64,000 bases of DNA from Chitinophagaceae bacterium. GTDB taxonomy: Bacteria; Bacteroidota; Bacteroidia; Chitinophagales; Chitinophagaceae. The DNA is taken from positions 81,420 to 145,419 of the forward strand of contig JBGARY010000002.1 of assembly GCA_044229985.1 (NCBI GenBank), in the 5' to 3' direction. The notes beneath the pieces were generated by a model that was not told the origin of the DNA, did not search any database, and saw only the letters and a list, made by a program, of their open reading frames with translations. The position numbers and the translations under genes were made by a program. Below are positions 1-8,335 of this stretch, piece by piece; the first letter of the stretch is position 1, and each line of letters opens with the position of its first letter.

Positions 1-282
1 ATTGACAAAAGTTCCGGCAATAAGCAGTGAGGCATATACTTCTTTTGGCTCTTCCAGCAGGTTTACTATGCGTTTGGCAGCGCTGTGCTGTTTTGTCTTC
101 AGTACATTAATGTCCTTGGTACCGAGAGAGAACAGGGCCACTTCGGCGCCGGAAATGATAAAAGTAAGTGTCAGCAGCAGTAGTAATGATACGATCAATA
201 CTGTGGTTCCCTGCGGGTTGGCCGCCAGGAAATGAAGCGTAAACAGATCATTGAGAAAATACAGTGCCGGGTGAGTTTCCAA
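1..282 (-). CDS. DUF21/CNNM-family membrane protein (GldE / HlyC-CorC-like), N-terminal fragment; gene continues past the left edge
   Basis: Not in the ORF track because it is truncated. Hand translation of the minus strand from TTG 282-280 (in-frame TGA at 300-298 upstream) is open to position 1: METHPALYFLNDLFTLHFLAANPQGTTVLIVSLLLLLTLTFIISGAEVALFSLGTKDINVLKTKQHSAAKRIVNLLEEPKEVYASLLIAGTFVN. A TM helix followed by SGAEVALFSL is the usual start of DUF21 transporters. gldE-ssb-mutY synteny is known in Flavobacteriia. Confidence 0.6.
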   Translation of the reverse strand, partial: METHPALYFLNDLFTLHFLAANPQGTTVLIVSLLLLLTLTFIISGAEVALFSLGTKDINVLKTKQHSAAKRIVNLLEEPKEVYASLLIAGTFVN

Positions 283-441
283 AACTGGTTTTTTGGTTCA
301 ATAAAATGGCAGGTCGTATGGCCCGCCAGCAAAGCGACAAAGTTATTGTATTTGGAATTGTCCCATTCGAGAGAATACAATCTCCCACAAAGTCAATAAG
401 CACACTAAAAGATTTCTTTTTGACTGGTGGGAAAGAAAACC

Positions 442-864
442 TTAAAAAGGCAGGTTCTCAGAAGGGTCACCCATGGGCATATCAGGACTGCCCATGTTAT
501 CCATTCCGCCTTCAGTGCTGCCGCCACCATCCATCCGTTTGTCGAGCATGATGAGGTTGTCGCCTACCACTTCGGTGGCAAATTTTCGGTTGCCGTCCTT
601 ATCATCCCAGCTGCGGGTACGCAGGCGGCCCTCGATATACACCAGGCTGCTTTTATGCAGGTATTTTTGCGCCAGTTCGGCAAGGCCCCGCCACAGCACA
701 ACGGTATGCCACTCGGTTTGCGATACCAGTTTACCGGTGCGGTCTTTAAATGTTTCGGTAGTGGCTAAAGGAAATTTGGCAACAGCGATGTTTCCTTCCA
801 GGTGCTGTACATCGGGGTCTTTACCCAGGTTGCCGATCAGCATTACACGGTTTACGCCTCTCAT
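442..864 (-). CDS. ssb: single-stranded DNA-binding protein
   Basis: 140-aa ORF. OB-fold N-terminus (MRGVNRVMLIGNLGKDPDV...TEWHTVVLWRGLAE), Gly-rich linker and acidic tip ending DPSENLPF. Confidence 0.95.
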   Translation of the reverse strand: MRGVNRVMLIGNLGKDPDVQHLEGNIAVAKFPLATTETFKDRTGKLVSQTEWHTVVLWRGLAELAQKYLHKSSLVYIEGRLRTRSWDDKDGNRKFATEVVGDNLIMLDKRMDGGGSTEGGMDNMGSPDMPMGDPSENLPF

Positions 865-1089
865 ATATTTTATCTTTAGGTTTAAGGTTCTTCGTCACGG
901 GCTGGCGAATGCCTCTTAAAGTTAGTGTATTTGGTTGATTCTATTTGACAGCTCTTATTTCAAAGAATACTACCATGGGATAGGGATTGTAACGCTAACA
1001 TTAACCCATTGGGATTATAAAAAAGAGTTTATGCCCAAAGAGGTAAAGAATGCAAATATTTTTTATCATTGATTACCAAAACAAACTAA

Positions 1090-1566
1090 ATGAAAAAACT
1101 AACCCTGCTTTTTCTTATCGTGTTAAACATGTTTTCGGCCGATGCTGCGGTAATTCCATCTGAAAATCCCGATGCGAAAAGCATACAGGTGGTGCTGCCC
1201 TGGAGTAATAAAACCATCAGCCTGGCTGAACTGGCAACTCTTACACCCAAACAATACAAAGTACTTACAGGTAAAAAGCTGACACTGGCAGAAAAGATAC
1301 AACTCAAAATAAGTCAGCGGCAGGCCCGCAAGCTGATCGAAAAAGACGGTACGGTAAACGCAGAAAAATGGAAAAAGAAATTCGGTTTTTTCGACCGCTG
1401 GAGCTGGCACTGGGGTGGGTTTGCCCTTGGCTTCCTCGTACTGATCGGTCCCATCATCTGTCTCTTCATCAATGATGATTACAAATGGGATCGTTTCTGG
1501 ACAGCCATGACCGTAACCGGGATCATAGCTTCTGCTGCAGTGATATTTACAAGCTCTGCCTTGTAG
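1090..1566 (+). CDS. hypothetical membrane-anchored protein (signal peptide, Lys-rich LTGKKL region, C-terminal TM helices)
   Basis: 158-aa ORF. N-terminal hydrophobic signal, LTGKKLTLAEKIQLKISQRQARKL middle, two C-terminal hydrophobic helices. No family recognised. Distant paralog of 49041..49424. Confidence 0.6.
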   Translation: MKKLTLLFLIVLNMFSADAAVIPSENPDAKSIQVVLPWSNKTISLAELATLTPKQYKVLTGKKLTLAEKIQLKISQRQARKLIEKDGTVNAEKWKKKFGFFDRWSWHWGGFALGFLVLIGPIICLFINDDYKWDRFWTAMTVTGIIASAAVIFTSSAL

Positions 1567-1582
1567 AAATTTTTGAATGCTA

Positions 1583-2647
1583 TTATTTCATTTCATCATG
1601 CAGAAAATGCCGCAGCATCCGTGGAAAAGCATATTGATGTAAAGCATCTTTTGCGATCCACTGCCAGTCACCCGTAATGGCAGGTTTCGTTTTCATTGTT
1701 GCAATAATAAACTGGCCGGTAATATGCTGGTGAGAGAGCTGTTGCTTATACAGCGGTGAAATGGTTTTTATCGTATAGCTATTCGACTTTAGCCATTTTT
1801 GTTGTACAGCCTGTTTTATTATCCCGGCAGGTTCTGCAGCCGATGTTGTTTCAATCAAAGGAAATTCATACAGGCCCTGCCAGATATCTTTAGTGCTGCG
1901 CCGGCCGATGACGATCTTGTTTTTATATTCCAATACGAGATAGTAAAACCAGCGTTTTTTTATGTTGATCTTTTTTTCCTTTACAGGCAGTGCATTCACT
2001 TTGTTATGCCGAAAGGCATAGCATTCTTTTTTAAATACACAAGTATCACAAAGCGGTGCAGCGGGTTTGCATATTACAGCACCAAAATCCATGATAGCCT
2101 GGTTGTAGAGGCCGGGGTGGTTTTTATCCAGCAATTCTTCCGCCAATGCCGTGAACTGTTTTTTGCCTTCGGTACTGTCAATCGACTTACTGATACCAAA
2201 CACCCTGGCCAGCACCCGGAAAACATTACCATCCACCACAGCATGTGGCAGGTTGTAGGCAAAAGAAGAAATAGCAGCTGCAGTATAAGGGCCAATTCCC
2301 TTTAGGGCCTTGATGCTCTCATAATTGTCAGGAAATTTTCCTTTCAGTTCTTTGGATATAAACCGTGCCGTAGCCAGCAGGTTGCGGCACCGGGAATAAT
2401 AACCCAGGCCTTCCCATAATTTGAACACTTTCTCATCCGGCGCTTTGGCCAGTTGATGAACAGTGGGAAAGGTTTTAATGAAATTAGTGTAATAAGCCAG
2501 CCCTTGCTCCACCCTAGTTTGTTGCAGGATGATCTCACTGAGCCAGATTTTATAGGGGTCTTTCTCGCCTTTCCAGGGCATTTGCCGTTTATTCTGGTTT
2601 TTATTCCAGCGTAAGAGCTGAGAGGAGAATTTTCGTTTAGAGTTCAT
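1583..2647 (-). CDS. mutY: A/G-specific adenine DNA glycosylase
   Basis: 354-aa ORF. HhH-GPD core (ILQQTRV, LKGIGPYTAAAISSFA), 4Fe-4S cluster C-x6-C-x2-C-x5-C (CKPAAPLCDTCVFKKEC) and a NUDIX-like C-terminal domain. Confidence 0.9.
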   Translation of the reverse strand: MNSKRKFSSQLLRWNKNQNKRQMPWKGEKDPYKIWLSEIILQQTRVEQGLAYYTNFIKTFPTVHQLAKAPDEKVFKLWEGLGYYSRCRNLLATARFISKELKGKFPDNYESIKALKGIGPYTAAAISSFAYNLPHAVVDGNVFRVLARVFGISKSIDSTEGKKQFTALAEELLDKNHPGLYNQAIMDFGAVICKPAAPLCDTCVFKKECYAFRHNKVNALPVKEKKINIKKRWFYYLVLEYKNKIVIGRRSTKDIWQGLYEFPLIETTSAAEPAGIIKQAVQQKWLKSNSYTIKTISPLYKQQLSHQHITGQFIIATMKTKPAITGDWQWIAKDALHQYAFPRMLRHFLHDEMK

Positions 2648-2833
2648 GTTTGGGGTCTGGGTTCAACGCCAATAGTTCACTGGCAAGGTCTGCAAAACCG
2701 CTAAAATTTGGAATTATCCGGCAAAATAACACCCGGAATGCACAGAGGGTTGAAAAAATTTATTCCTATTTGCTTGACTATCACCTAATTTTATCATAAA
2801 TTGGCATCAGAAAACCACTAAAAACCTGCAATC

Positions 2834-3154
2834 ATGAGAAAAGCCGACCTGGTAAATCAGATTTCTGAAAAAACAGGCATACCCAAGGTAGATGTGCTTG
2901 TTACTCTTGAAACTATGTTTAAAGAAGTAAAAGACACCCTTGCCGGTGGCGAAAATATTTATATCCGCGGCTTCGGCAGCTTTATAACCAAGAAAAGAGC
3001 AGCCAAGATTGGCCGTAACATCAAGAAGAACATAGCAGTACATATCCCCGAACATTATATACCGGCTTTCAAGCCTGCCAAGGAATTTGTGGCCGAAGTA
3101 AAAAAATTGAAAGAGCCTAAGCCAGATACCGGCCCGGGTGAGGATGGAGAATAA
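2834..3154 (+). CDS. HU/IHF-family DNA-binding protein
   Basis: 106-aa ORF. IYIRGFGSFITKKRAAKIGRNIKKN...IPAFKPAKEF HU-fold signature plus a short Pro/acidic tail. Confidence 0.9.
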   Translation: MRKADLVNQISEKTGIPKVDVLVTLETMFKEVKDTLAGGENIYIRGFGSFITKKRAAKIGRNIKKNIAVHIPEHYIPAFKPAKEFVAEVKKLKEPKPDTGPGEDGE

Positions 3155-3160
3155 TAAAAC

Positions 3161-3856
3161 TTATTCCCACTCGTCTATTTTCAATTTTGCTAAACCACTG
3201 GCTTCGTAATTCATTGACTGCGGTCTAATAATACTGGATTCATACCAGCGGATAGATTTTCGCTGCGCATCACCCCATAATAAGAAAGGCATTGGATCAC
3301 CGTTATCATTTCTGATTATGCCTGCCAAGACAAATTCTGTTGCGGACACCCATACGGCTTCTTCAATACCTGCCGAAGGCCCGAAGAATGCAATGCGTTT
3401 CCATTCACCGGTTTGCAGGTTGCAAAGGGTAATGGCCTGGTCCACATCTGAGCTGGCAATAATTTTCTTACCTTTTTTTTCCAGCATAATTCCGGCACTG
3501 TAGATATCAATAAACTGGTTGCTGTCTCCCGAAAAAACCAGTGAAGGCTTATACAACTCGTAAAACTTATCCATTCCGGTTGTTTCCTGGTAGGCGATTT
3601 CTTCAAACTTTGTCGTCTGGGTGTATTTGAATGAATCTGCTACAAAGCCTTTAAATGACTTTACCCAGGCATTCAGTTCCTTTTCAATCACCGGCATTAT
3701 AGCAGCAAGGGTAGTATCTGCCGGAGCCTGCCCGGTTGAAAGACTATCTTTTATCAACGAACTATCAGTTCTTTCCGTTTGTTTGTCGTTTTTGTTACCG
3801 CAAGAGATAATGAAAAAGAAAGCGGTGAAGAGCAGTGTGGGAAAAAGCAGGCGCAT
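3161..3856 (-). CDS. hypothetical lipoprotein
   Basis: 231-aa ORF. Signal peptide with lipobox (FFFIISC, Cys19). No family recognised. Confidence 0.65.
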   Translation of the reverse strand: MRLLFPTLLFTAFFFIISCGNKNDKQTERTDSSLIKDSLSTGQAPADTTLAAIMPVIEKELNAWVKSFKGFVADSFKYTQTTKFEEIAYQETTGMDKFYELYKPSLVFSGDSNQFIDIYSAGIMLEKKGKKIIASSDVDQAITLCNLQTGEWKRIAFFGPSAGIEEAVWVSATEFVLAGIIRNDNGDPMPFLLWGDAQRKSIRWYESSIIRPQSMNYEASGLAKLKIDEWE

Positions 3857-4075
3857 AGGTGGTTGGTTTTGGTAAAAATGATTAGCTGGTTTCTAAACGG
3901 AGTTTAAGATAGTAAATAACCGGGGGACAGAGAATTGGTCTGGAATTACATTGATTTACACTAATCAGACAGATAGTGTGTTCTTTTAACTAAGGGGCAG
4001 ACCTTATTAAATACAAAATGCTGATTTCGGCAGGGATTACAACTTTTTTGGGGCTACTTTTGCAGTTCTAAAATT

Positions 4076-4942
4076 TTGAGAGTGAAGAGACCTCAATGGA
4101 TAACCCTGGCTGTTGCAGTTGTACTCACAGCCGCTTTATATTTTTTTGGGAAGACGGTTCCGGCCAAAAAAACAGTGGCCGCCCCCGTAGAACAGCATAG
4201 CCCGGATGACGGGCATGATCATGGCGCCATGTCCATTGATAGTATCCTGATAATGGCCAAAAAACAGCTGAAACCTGCACAGGCGGCTGTTTTGGATGGG
4301 CTGGAAGCAGCGGTAGCCAAAGAGAAAGTAAAGGAGGAGCAAGTGCATATTTACCACCAATTGGCCAAATACTGGGCAGATACGGCCAGGATCTTTGAAC
4401 CCTATGCCTGGTACACTGGCGAAGGGGCCAGATTGGAAAATTCAGAAAAAAGCCTCACTTTTGCAGCCCGTTTATTTTTGGAGAACCTGCAGACAGACGG
4501 ATCGGAACAGCGGAGACAGTGGAAAGCCCTGCAGGCCAAAGATTTATTTGAGCGATCTTTGAAGATTAACCCGGATAATGATTCGGCCAAAATAGGCCTT
4601 GGCGCCTGTTACCTGTTTGGCAATATTTCCAGCAACCCTCTGGAAGGCATTGCCAAAATAAAAGAAGTGGTTGACCGTGACAGTACTAATGTATATGGTC
4701 ATCTTACTCTTGTTAAAGGCTCATTATTATCGGGGCAATATGATAAGGCGATCAGCCGTTTAGAAACAGTTACCCGGCTTCAACCCGATAATATTGAAGC
4801 TATACTGCTGCTGGCTGATACGTTTGAACGTACCGGTGATAAGAAAAGTGCAATAAAATGGTACCAGCAATGCCTGAACCTGGTGGGTGAGGCAGAGCTG
4901 AAAACAGCCCTTCAAAAAAGAATTGAAGAGTTGAAGAAATAG
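4076..4942 (+). CDS. TPR-repeat protein with N-terminal membrane anchor
   Basis: 288-aa ORF with TTG start (GTG at 4082 also possible). N-terminal TM segment, then TPR-like helical repeats (AKIGLGACYLF, GSLLSGQYDKAISRLETV, ADTFERTGDKKSAIKWYQQCL). Confidence 0.75.
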   Translation: MRVKRPQWITLAVAVVLTAALYFFGKTVPAKKTVAAPVEQHSPDDGHDHGAMSIDSILIMAKKQLKPAQAAVLDGLEAAVAKEKVKEEQVHIYHQLAKYWADTARIFEPYAWYTGEGARLENSEKSLTFAARLFLENLQTDGSEQRRQWKALQAKDLFERSLKINPDNDSAKIGLGACYLFGNISSNPLEGIAKIKEVVDRDSTNVYGHLTLVKGSLLSGQYDKAISRLETVTRLQPDNIEAILLLADTFERTGDKKSAIKWYQQCLNLVGEAELKTALQKRIEELKK

Positions 4943-4988
4943 AAGTTGTAAAACTTATTATAAACAGAACATTAAAAATTATTTGAGT

Positions 4989-5084
4989 ATGCCTTGTGGT
5001 AAAAAAAGGAAGCGTCATAAAATTGCGACGCACAAACGTAAAAAGAGACTGAGAAAGAACCGTCATAAGAAGAGGAACAAATAA
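4989..5084 (+). CDS. 31-aa Lys/Arg-rich peptide, possibly a bTHX / mS38(AURKAIP1-COX24)-like ribosome-associated peptide
   Basis: Below the ORF-track size cutoff. ATG 4989 to TAA 5082-5084 encodes MPCGKKRKRHKIATHKRKKRLRKNRHKKRNK (19 of 31 residues K/R). Followed by a 16-bp perfect inverted repeat. The family assignment is from memory only. Confidence 0.5.
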   Translation: MPCGKKRKRHKIATHKRKKRLRKNRHKKRNK

Positions 5085-5091
5085 GGTAAAC

Positions 5092-5151
5092 TGGTTAATT
5101 AGTTAATTGGTAAAAAGGACTTTCCCAACACCCCTATTAACTAATTAACCA
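5092..5151. repeat. 16-bp perfect AT-rich inverted repeat with 28-nt loop
   Basis: tggttaattagttaat (5092-5107) pairs with attaactaattaacca (5136-5151). Lies just after the 31-codon ORF, at the start of the rng leader. Confidence 0.6.
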
Positions 5152-5302
5152 ACTACTTTTCACAGTCGTCCAGTTGTTTGCCGTATACGTTTGCATCTCA
5201 CCCACTCCTCCGCAAAATATCCGCAGATACAACCTGCATTCCTTACGGAATATTGGCAACTGGTGTTCACAGCACTAAGGTGATTCATTTATGTAAGCTG
5301 TA

Positions 5303-6856
5303 ATGAACAAAGAACTTATTATTAATGCGGCTCCTCAGGGCGTTGAAATTGCCTTGCTGGAAGACAAGAAACTGGTAGAACTGCATAGCGAAAAAAGCGA
5401 TGCCCGTTTTGCTGTGGGCGACCTATACCTTGGAAAAGTAAAGAAGCTGATCCCGGGGCTGAATGCTGCCTTCGTGGATGTGGGGTTTGAGAAGGATGCT
5501 TTCCTGCACTATACCGATCTTAGCCCTTACGCCAAGTCACTGCTGAAGTTCACCACAATGTGCATGAACGATAAGAGTGAGCAGGGCCTTGATTTTTCCA
5601 GGTTCACCATTGAACCTGAAATTGTAAAAACAGGTAAGATCAACGAAGTGCTAGGGGGCAAGCCCAACATACTGGTGCAGATATTGAAAGAGCCTATTGC
5701 TGCCAAAGGACCCAGGCTTAGCTGTGAAATATCCTTGCCCGGCCGTTTCGTGGTGCTTACGCCCTTTAATGATATTGTAGCGGTATCGAGAAAGATCCAT
5801 TCATCAGAGGAAAGGAAACGTTTGCAAAAGATTGTGGAAGCAATCAAGAGTAAAAATTTTGGTGTCATTGTACGTACGGCTGCAGAAGGAAAGAATACAG
5901 CCGAACTGCATGAAGATCTTTCGGCCCTTGTGGATATGTGGAAGGCTATTCAGCAAAACCTGAAAGGGGCTGTAGCACCTACAAGGATACTGAGTGAGCA
6001 AACCAAAACCACCAGTATACTGCGTGACCTGCTGAATGCGGATTTCAACCGCATTGTAGTGAACGATAAAAATATTTACAGCGATACCAAGAATTATATT
6101 CAGCGCATAGCGCCGGAAAAAGCAGAGATCGTTTCGTTTTATAATAACGGTTCACCCATTTTTGATTCCTTTGGTATTACCAAGCAGGTGAAATCTTCGT
6201 TTGGCAAAACAGTAAACCTTGATAGCGGCGCTTACCTGATCATTGAGCATACCGAAGCCCTGCATGTAATTGATGTGAACAGCGGCTACAAGAGTGTAAG
6301 TAATAACCAGGAGCAGAATGCGCTGGAAACAAATCTTGAAGCAGCGGAAGAAATTGCCAGGCAATTGCGCCTTCGTGACCTTGGCGGCATCATAGTGGTT
6401 GATTTTATTGACATGAAGCTGCCGGAGAACAAGCGAAAGCTGATGGAGAAAATGGAAGAGTTTATGGCGCCTGACAGGGCCAAACATGCCGTACTTCCTA
6501 TTTCCAAGTTTGGCATTATGCAGATCACCCGCCAGCGGATGAAGCCAGAGGTAAATATCAATACCCAGGAAGTATGTCCCAGCTGCAACGGCACCGGCAA
6601 AATTTCTTCAACATTATTACTGGAAGACGAGATTGAAAAGAATTTAAGTTACCTGATCACTCATAAAAATGCCAACCTGAAATTAGTGGTACATCCTATC
6701 CTTTATGCTTACCTCACCAAAGGCTGGCCATGGAATACGAAGATGTCGCAGTGGAAACGGAAGTACGGTCAGAGAACAAGGCTGGAAAAAGACAGCAACT
6801 ATCACCTGACAGAATACAAATTCTTCGACAGAAACGACGAAGAGATAAAACTGTAA
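5303..6856 (+). CDS. rng: ribonuclease E/G family protein (RNase G-like)
   Basis: 517-aa ORF. S1 domain (GDLYLGKVKKLIPGLNAAFVDVG), RNase E/G catalytic core (HVIDVNSG, GGIIVVDFIDM) and a Zn-link-like CPSCNGTG. Confidence 0.9.
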   Translation: MNKELIINAAPQGVEIALLEDKKLVELHSEKSDARFAVGDLYLGKVKKLIPGLNAAFVDVGFEKDAFLHYTDLSPYAKSLLKFTTMCMNDKSEQGLDFSRFTIEPEIVKTGKINEVLGGKPNILVQILKEPIAAKGPRLSCEISLPGRFVVLTPFNDIVAVSRKIHSSEERKRLQKIVEAIKSKNFGVIVRTAAEGKNTAELHEDLSALVDMWKAIQQNLKGAVAPTRILSEQTKTTSILRDLLNADFNRIVVNDKNIYSDTKNYIQRIAPEKAEIVSFYNNGSPIFDSFGITKQVKSSFGKTVNLDSGAYLIIEHTEALHVIDVNSGYKSVSNNQEQNALETNLEAAEEIARQLRLRDLGGIIVVDFIDMKLPENKRKLMEKMEEFMAPDRAKHAVLPISKFGIMQITRQRMKPEVNINTQEVCPSCNGTGKISSTLLLEDEIEKNLSYLITHKNANLKLVVHPILYAYLTKGWPWNTKMSQWKRKYGQRTRLEKDSNYHLTEYKFFDRNDEEIKL

Positions 6857-6892
6857 AACAGCATCCTCTCTAAATCATATTATATATGAAAA

Positions 6893-6920
6893 GCCCCGTC
6901 AGTGACGGGGCCTTCTTTTT
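6893..6920. terminator. intrinsic terminator between convergent rng and SusD-like genes
   Basis: gccccgtc-agt-gacggggc, followed by cttcttttt. Confidence 0.7.
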
Positions 6921-6946
6921 GTTCTAAGCAGAGAGATCGAATTTTC

Positions 6947-8326
6947 TTAGTATCCTGGATTTTGAGTGATAACACCCCTGGATGCATCAACTTCTCTTTG
7001 AGGAATTGGGAATACCATTTCATTTGCATCGTACGTAAAGCCATCCGCACTTTGTTTTAAACGCTTAAGATCATGCACTCCCTGGCCTTCATGAGCCAGT
7101 TCTAATTTTCTTTCAGCAATGATATCCGACAGTGTGACAGCGCCTACAGCAGAAAGTCCGGCCCTTTGTCTTGTACGGCTTACATCCTGTGCAGGTGTAG
7201 CACCAACGGTAGTACCAGCCCTGAAGTTAGCTTCAGCACGGGTAAGGTACATTTCAGCCAAACGCATTACAGGTAAAACTCTGTATTGCTGCTGCCATTT
7301 GCCGCTTCGAACATCGCCTGCTCCTGTATAGAACAAAGCGAGTCTTGCATCAGAAGCGTTGTATAATGCCAAATGGCTGGCGTGAATAGAAACATCGCCA
7401 TCACGGCCACCATAAGCAGGAATTGACCAGAACAGATGCATATTGTTTGCTCCATCCTGCGCAGAAACTTGTATGGCAAAAAGATATTCCAGGGAATTCA
7501 CTGCATTATTAAATGCAGAAGCGTACGGTGAAGCCAATGCCCTTCCATTTGCCTCAGCAACAGTAATTGCCCTGTTAGCAGCATCTCTTGCATCGCTCCA
7601 TCTTTCCATTTGCAAATATGCCCTAGAAAGCATCCCTGCTGCTGCAGCTTTAGTAGCATAAACCATCCTTGTCACTGTAGTTGATCCCGGATTGACAGCC
7701 GGAAGCAATGTTTCTGCTTCAGTAAGGTCAGCAAGTATCTGGGCATAAGTTTGCTCCACTGTGCTACGCTGCACATAAGAAGCCTGATCAATTCTTCTTG
7801 TTGGAGTTAATACGATAGGTACGCCGAGGTTACCATTTACATTACCGGCACTATATGGCTTCGCATATAATTTTACCAGTTCGAAATACATAGCTCCTCT
7901 TAAAAAGAGAGCTTCCCCCTTGACCCGGTTCTGGTCAGCAGCGTCTACAACAGAAATGGCACTTAAAATATTGTTACAGATATTGATAACATCATATGCC
8001 TCGAGCCATGTGTCCCGTACATAGCTATTTGTAGTGAGCATTGATTTTAGCCAAATCTCACGGGGTTGGTTAAAGGTCCCTTCCCACCTGATCTCATCAT
8101 TTGCTGCAAGCAACTCAGAAAACAACATCATGTTTCCGCCATAGAGGTCGCCATCGCTAATGGCATCATAGGCTCCATTGAGAACCTTTTTTACAATAAT
8201 ATCGGAACTCAATGCTACTTCTTCGGCAACACTTTGCTGTGGAAGAAGGTCCAGTTTCTTGCCGCAGGAAGCAACAATTACTGTTAGGATTGATAAAGCA
8301 ATTATACTACGTTTCATCATTTTCAT
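6947..8326 (-). CDS. SusD/RagB-family nutrient-binding outer-membrane lipoprotein
   Basis: 459-aa ORF. Lipoprotein signal (VIVASCGKK) and helical SusD-like body. Starts 9 nt downstream of the SusC-like gene. Confidence 0.9.
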   Translation of the reverse strand: MKMMKRSIIALSILTVIVASCGKKLDLLPQQSVAEEVALSSDIIVKKVLNGAYDAISDGDLYGGNMMLFSELLAANDEIRWEGTFNQPREIWLKSMLTTNSYVRDTWLEAYDVINICNNILSAISVVDAADQNRVKGEALFLRGAMYFELVKLYAKPYSAGNVNGNLGVPIVLTPTRRIDQASYVQRSTVEQTYAQILADLTEAETLLPAVNPGSTTVTRMVYATKAAAAGMLSRAYLQMERWSDARDAANRAITVAEANGRALASPYASAFNNAVNSLEYLFAIQVSAQDGANNMHLFWSIPAYGGRDGDVSIHASHLALYNASDARLALFYTGAGDVRSGKWQQQYRVLPVMRLAEMYLTRAEANFRAGTTVGATPAQDVSRTRQRAGLSAVGAVTLSDIIAERKLELAHEGQGVHDLKRLKQSADGFTYDANEMVFPIPQREVDASRGVITQNPGY

Positions 8327-8335
8327 TTTTTAGAA

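Noticed and set aside
2640-2720. tRNA-like T-arm sequence (gggttcaacgcc) just upstream of mutY
   Set aside because: No acceptor stem, D-arm or anticodon arm can be drawn around it. I found no tRNA cloverleaf anywhere in the intergenic regions.
6893-6911. The rng and sod/asd terminators (57251-57269) share the same cAGTg loop (CAGTGA centre)
   Set aside because: This is a 6-7 nt coincidence in two short hairpins. It is too short to be meaningful without genome-wide statistics.
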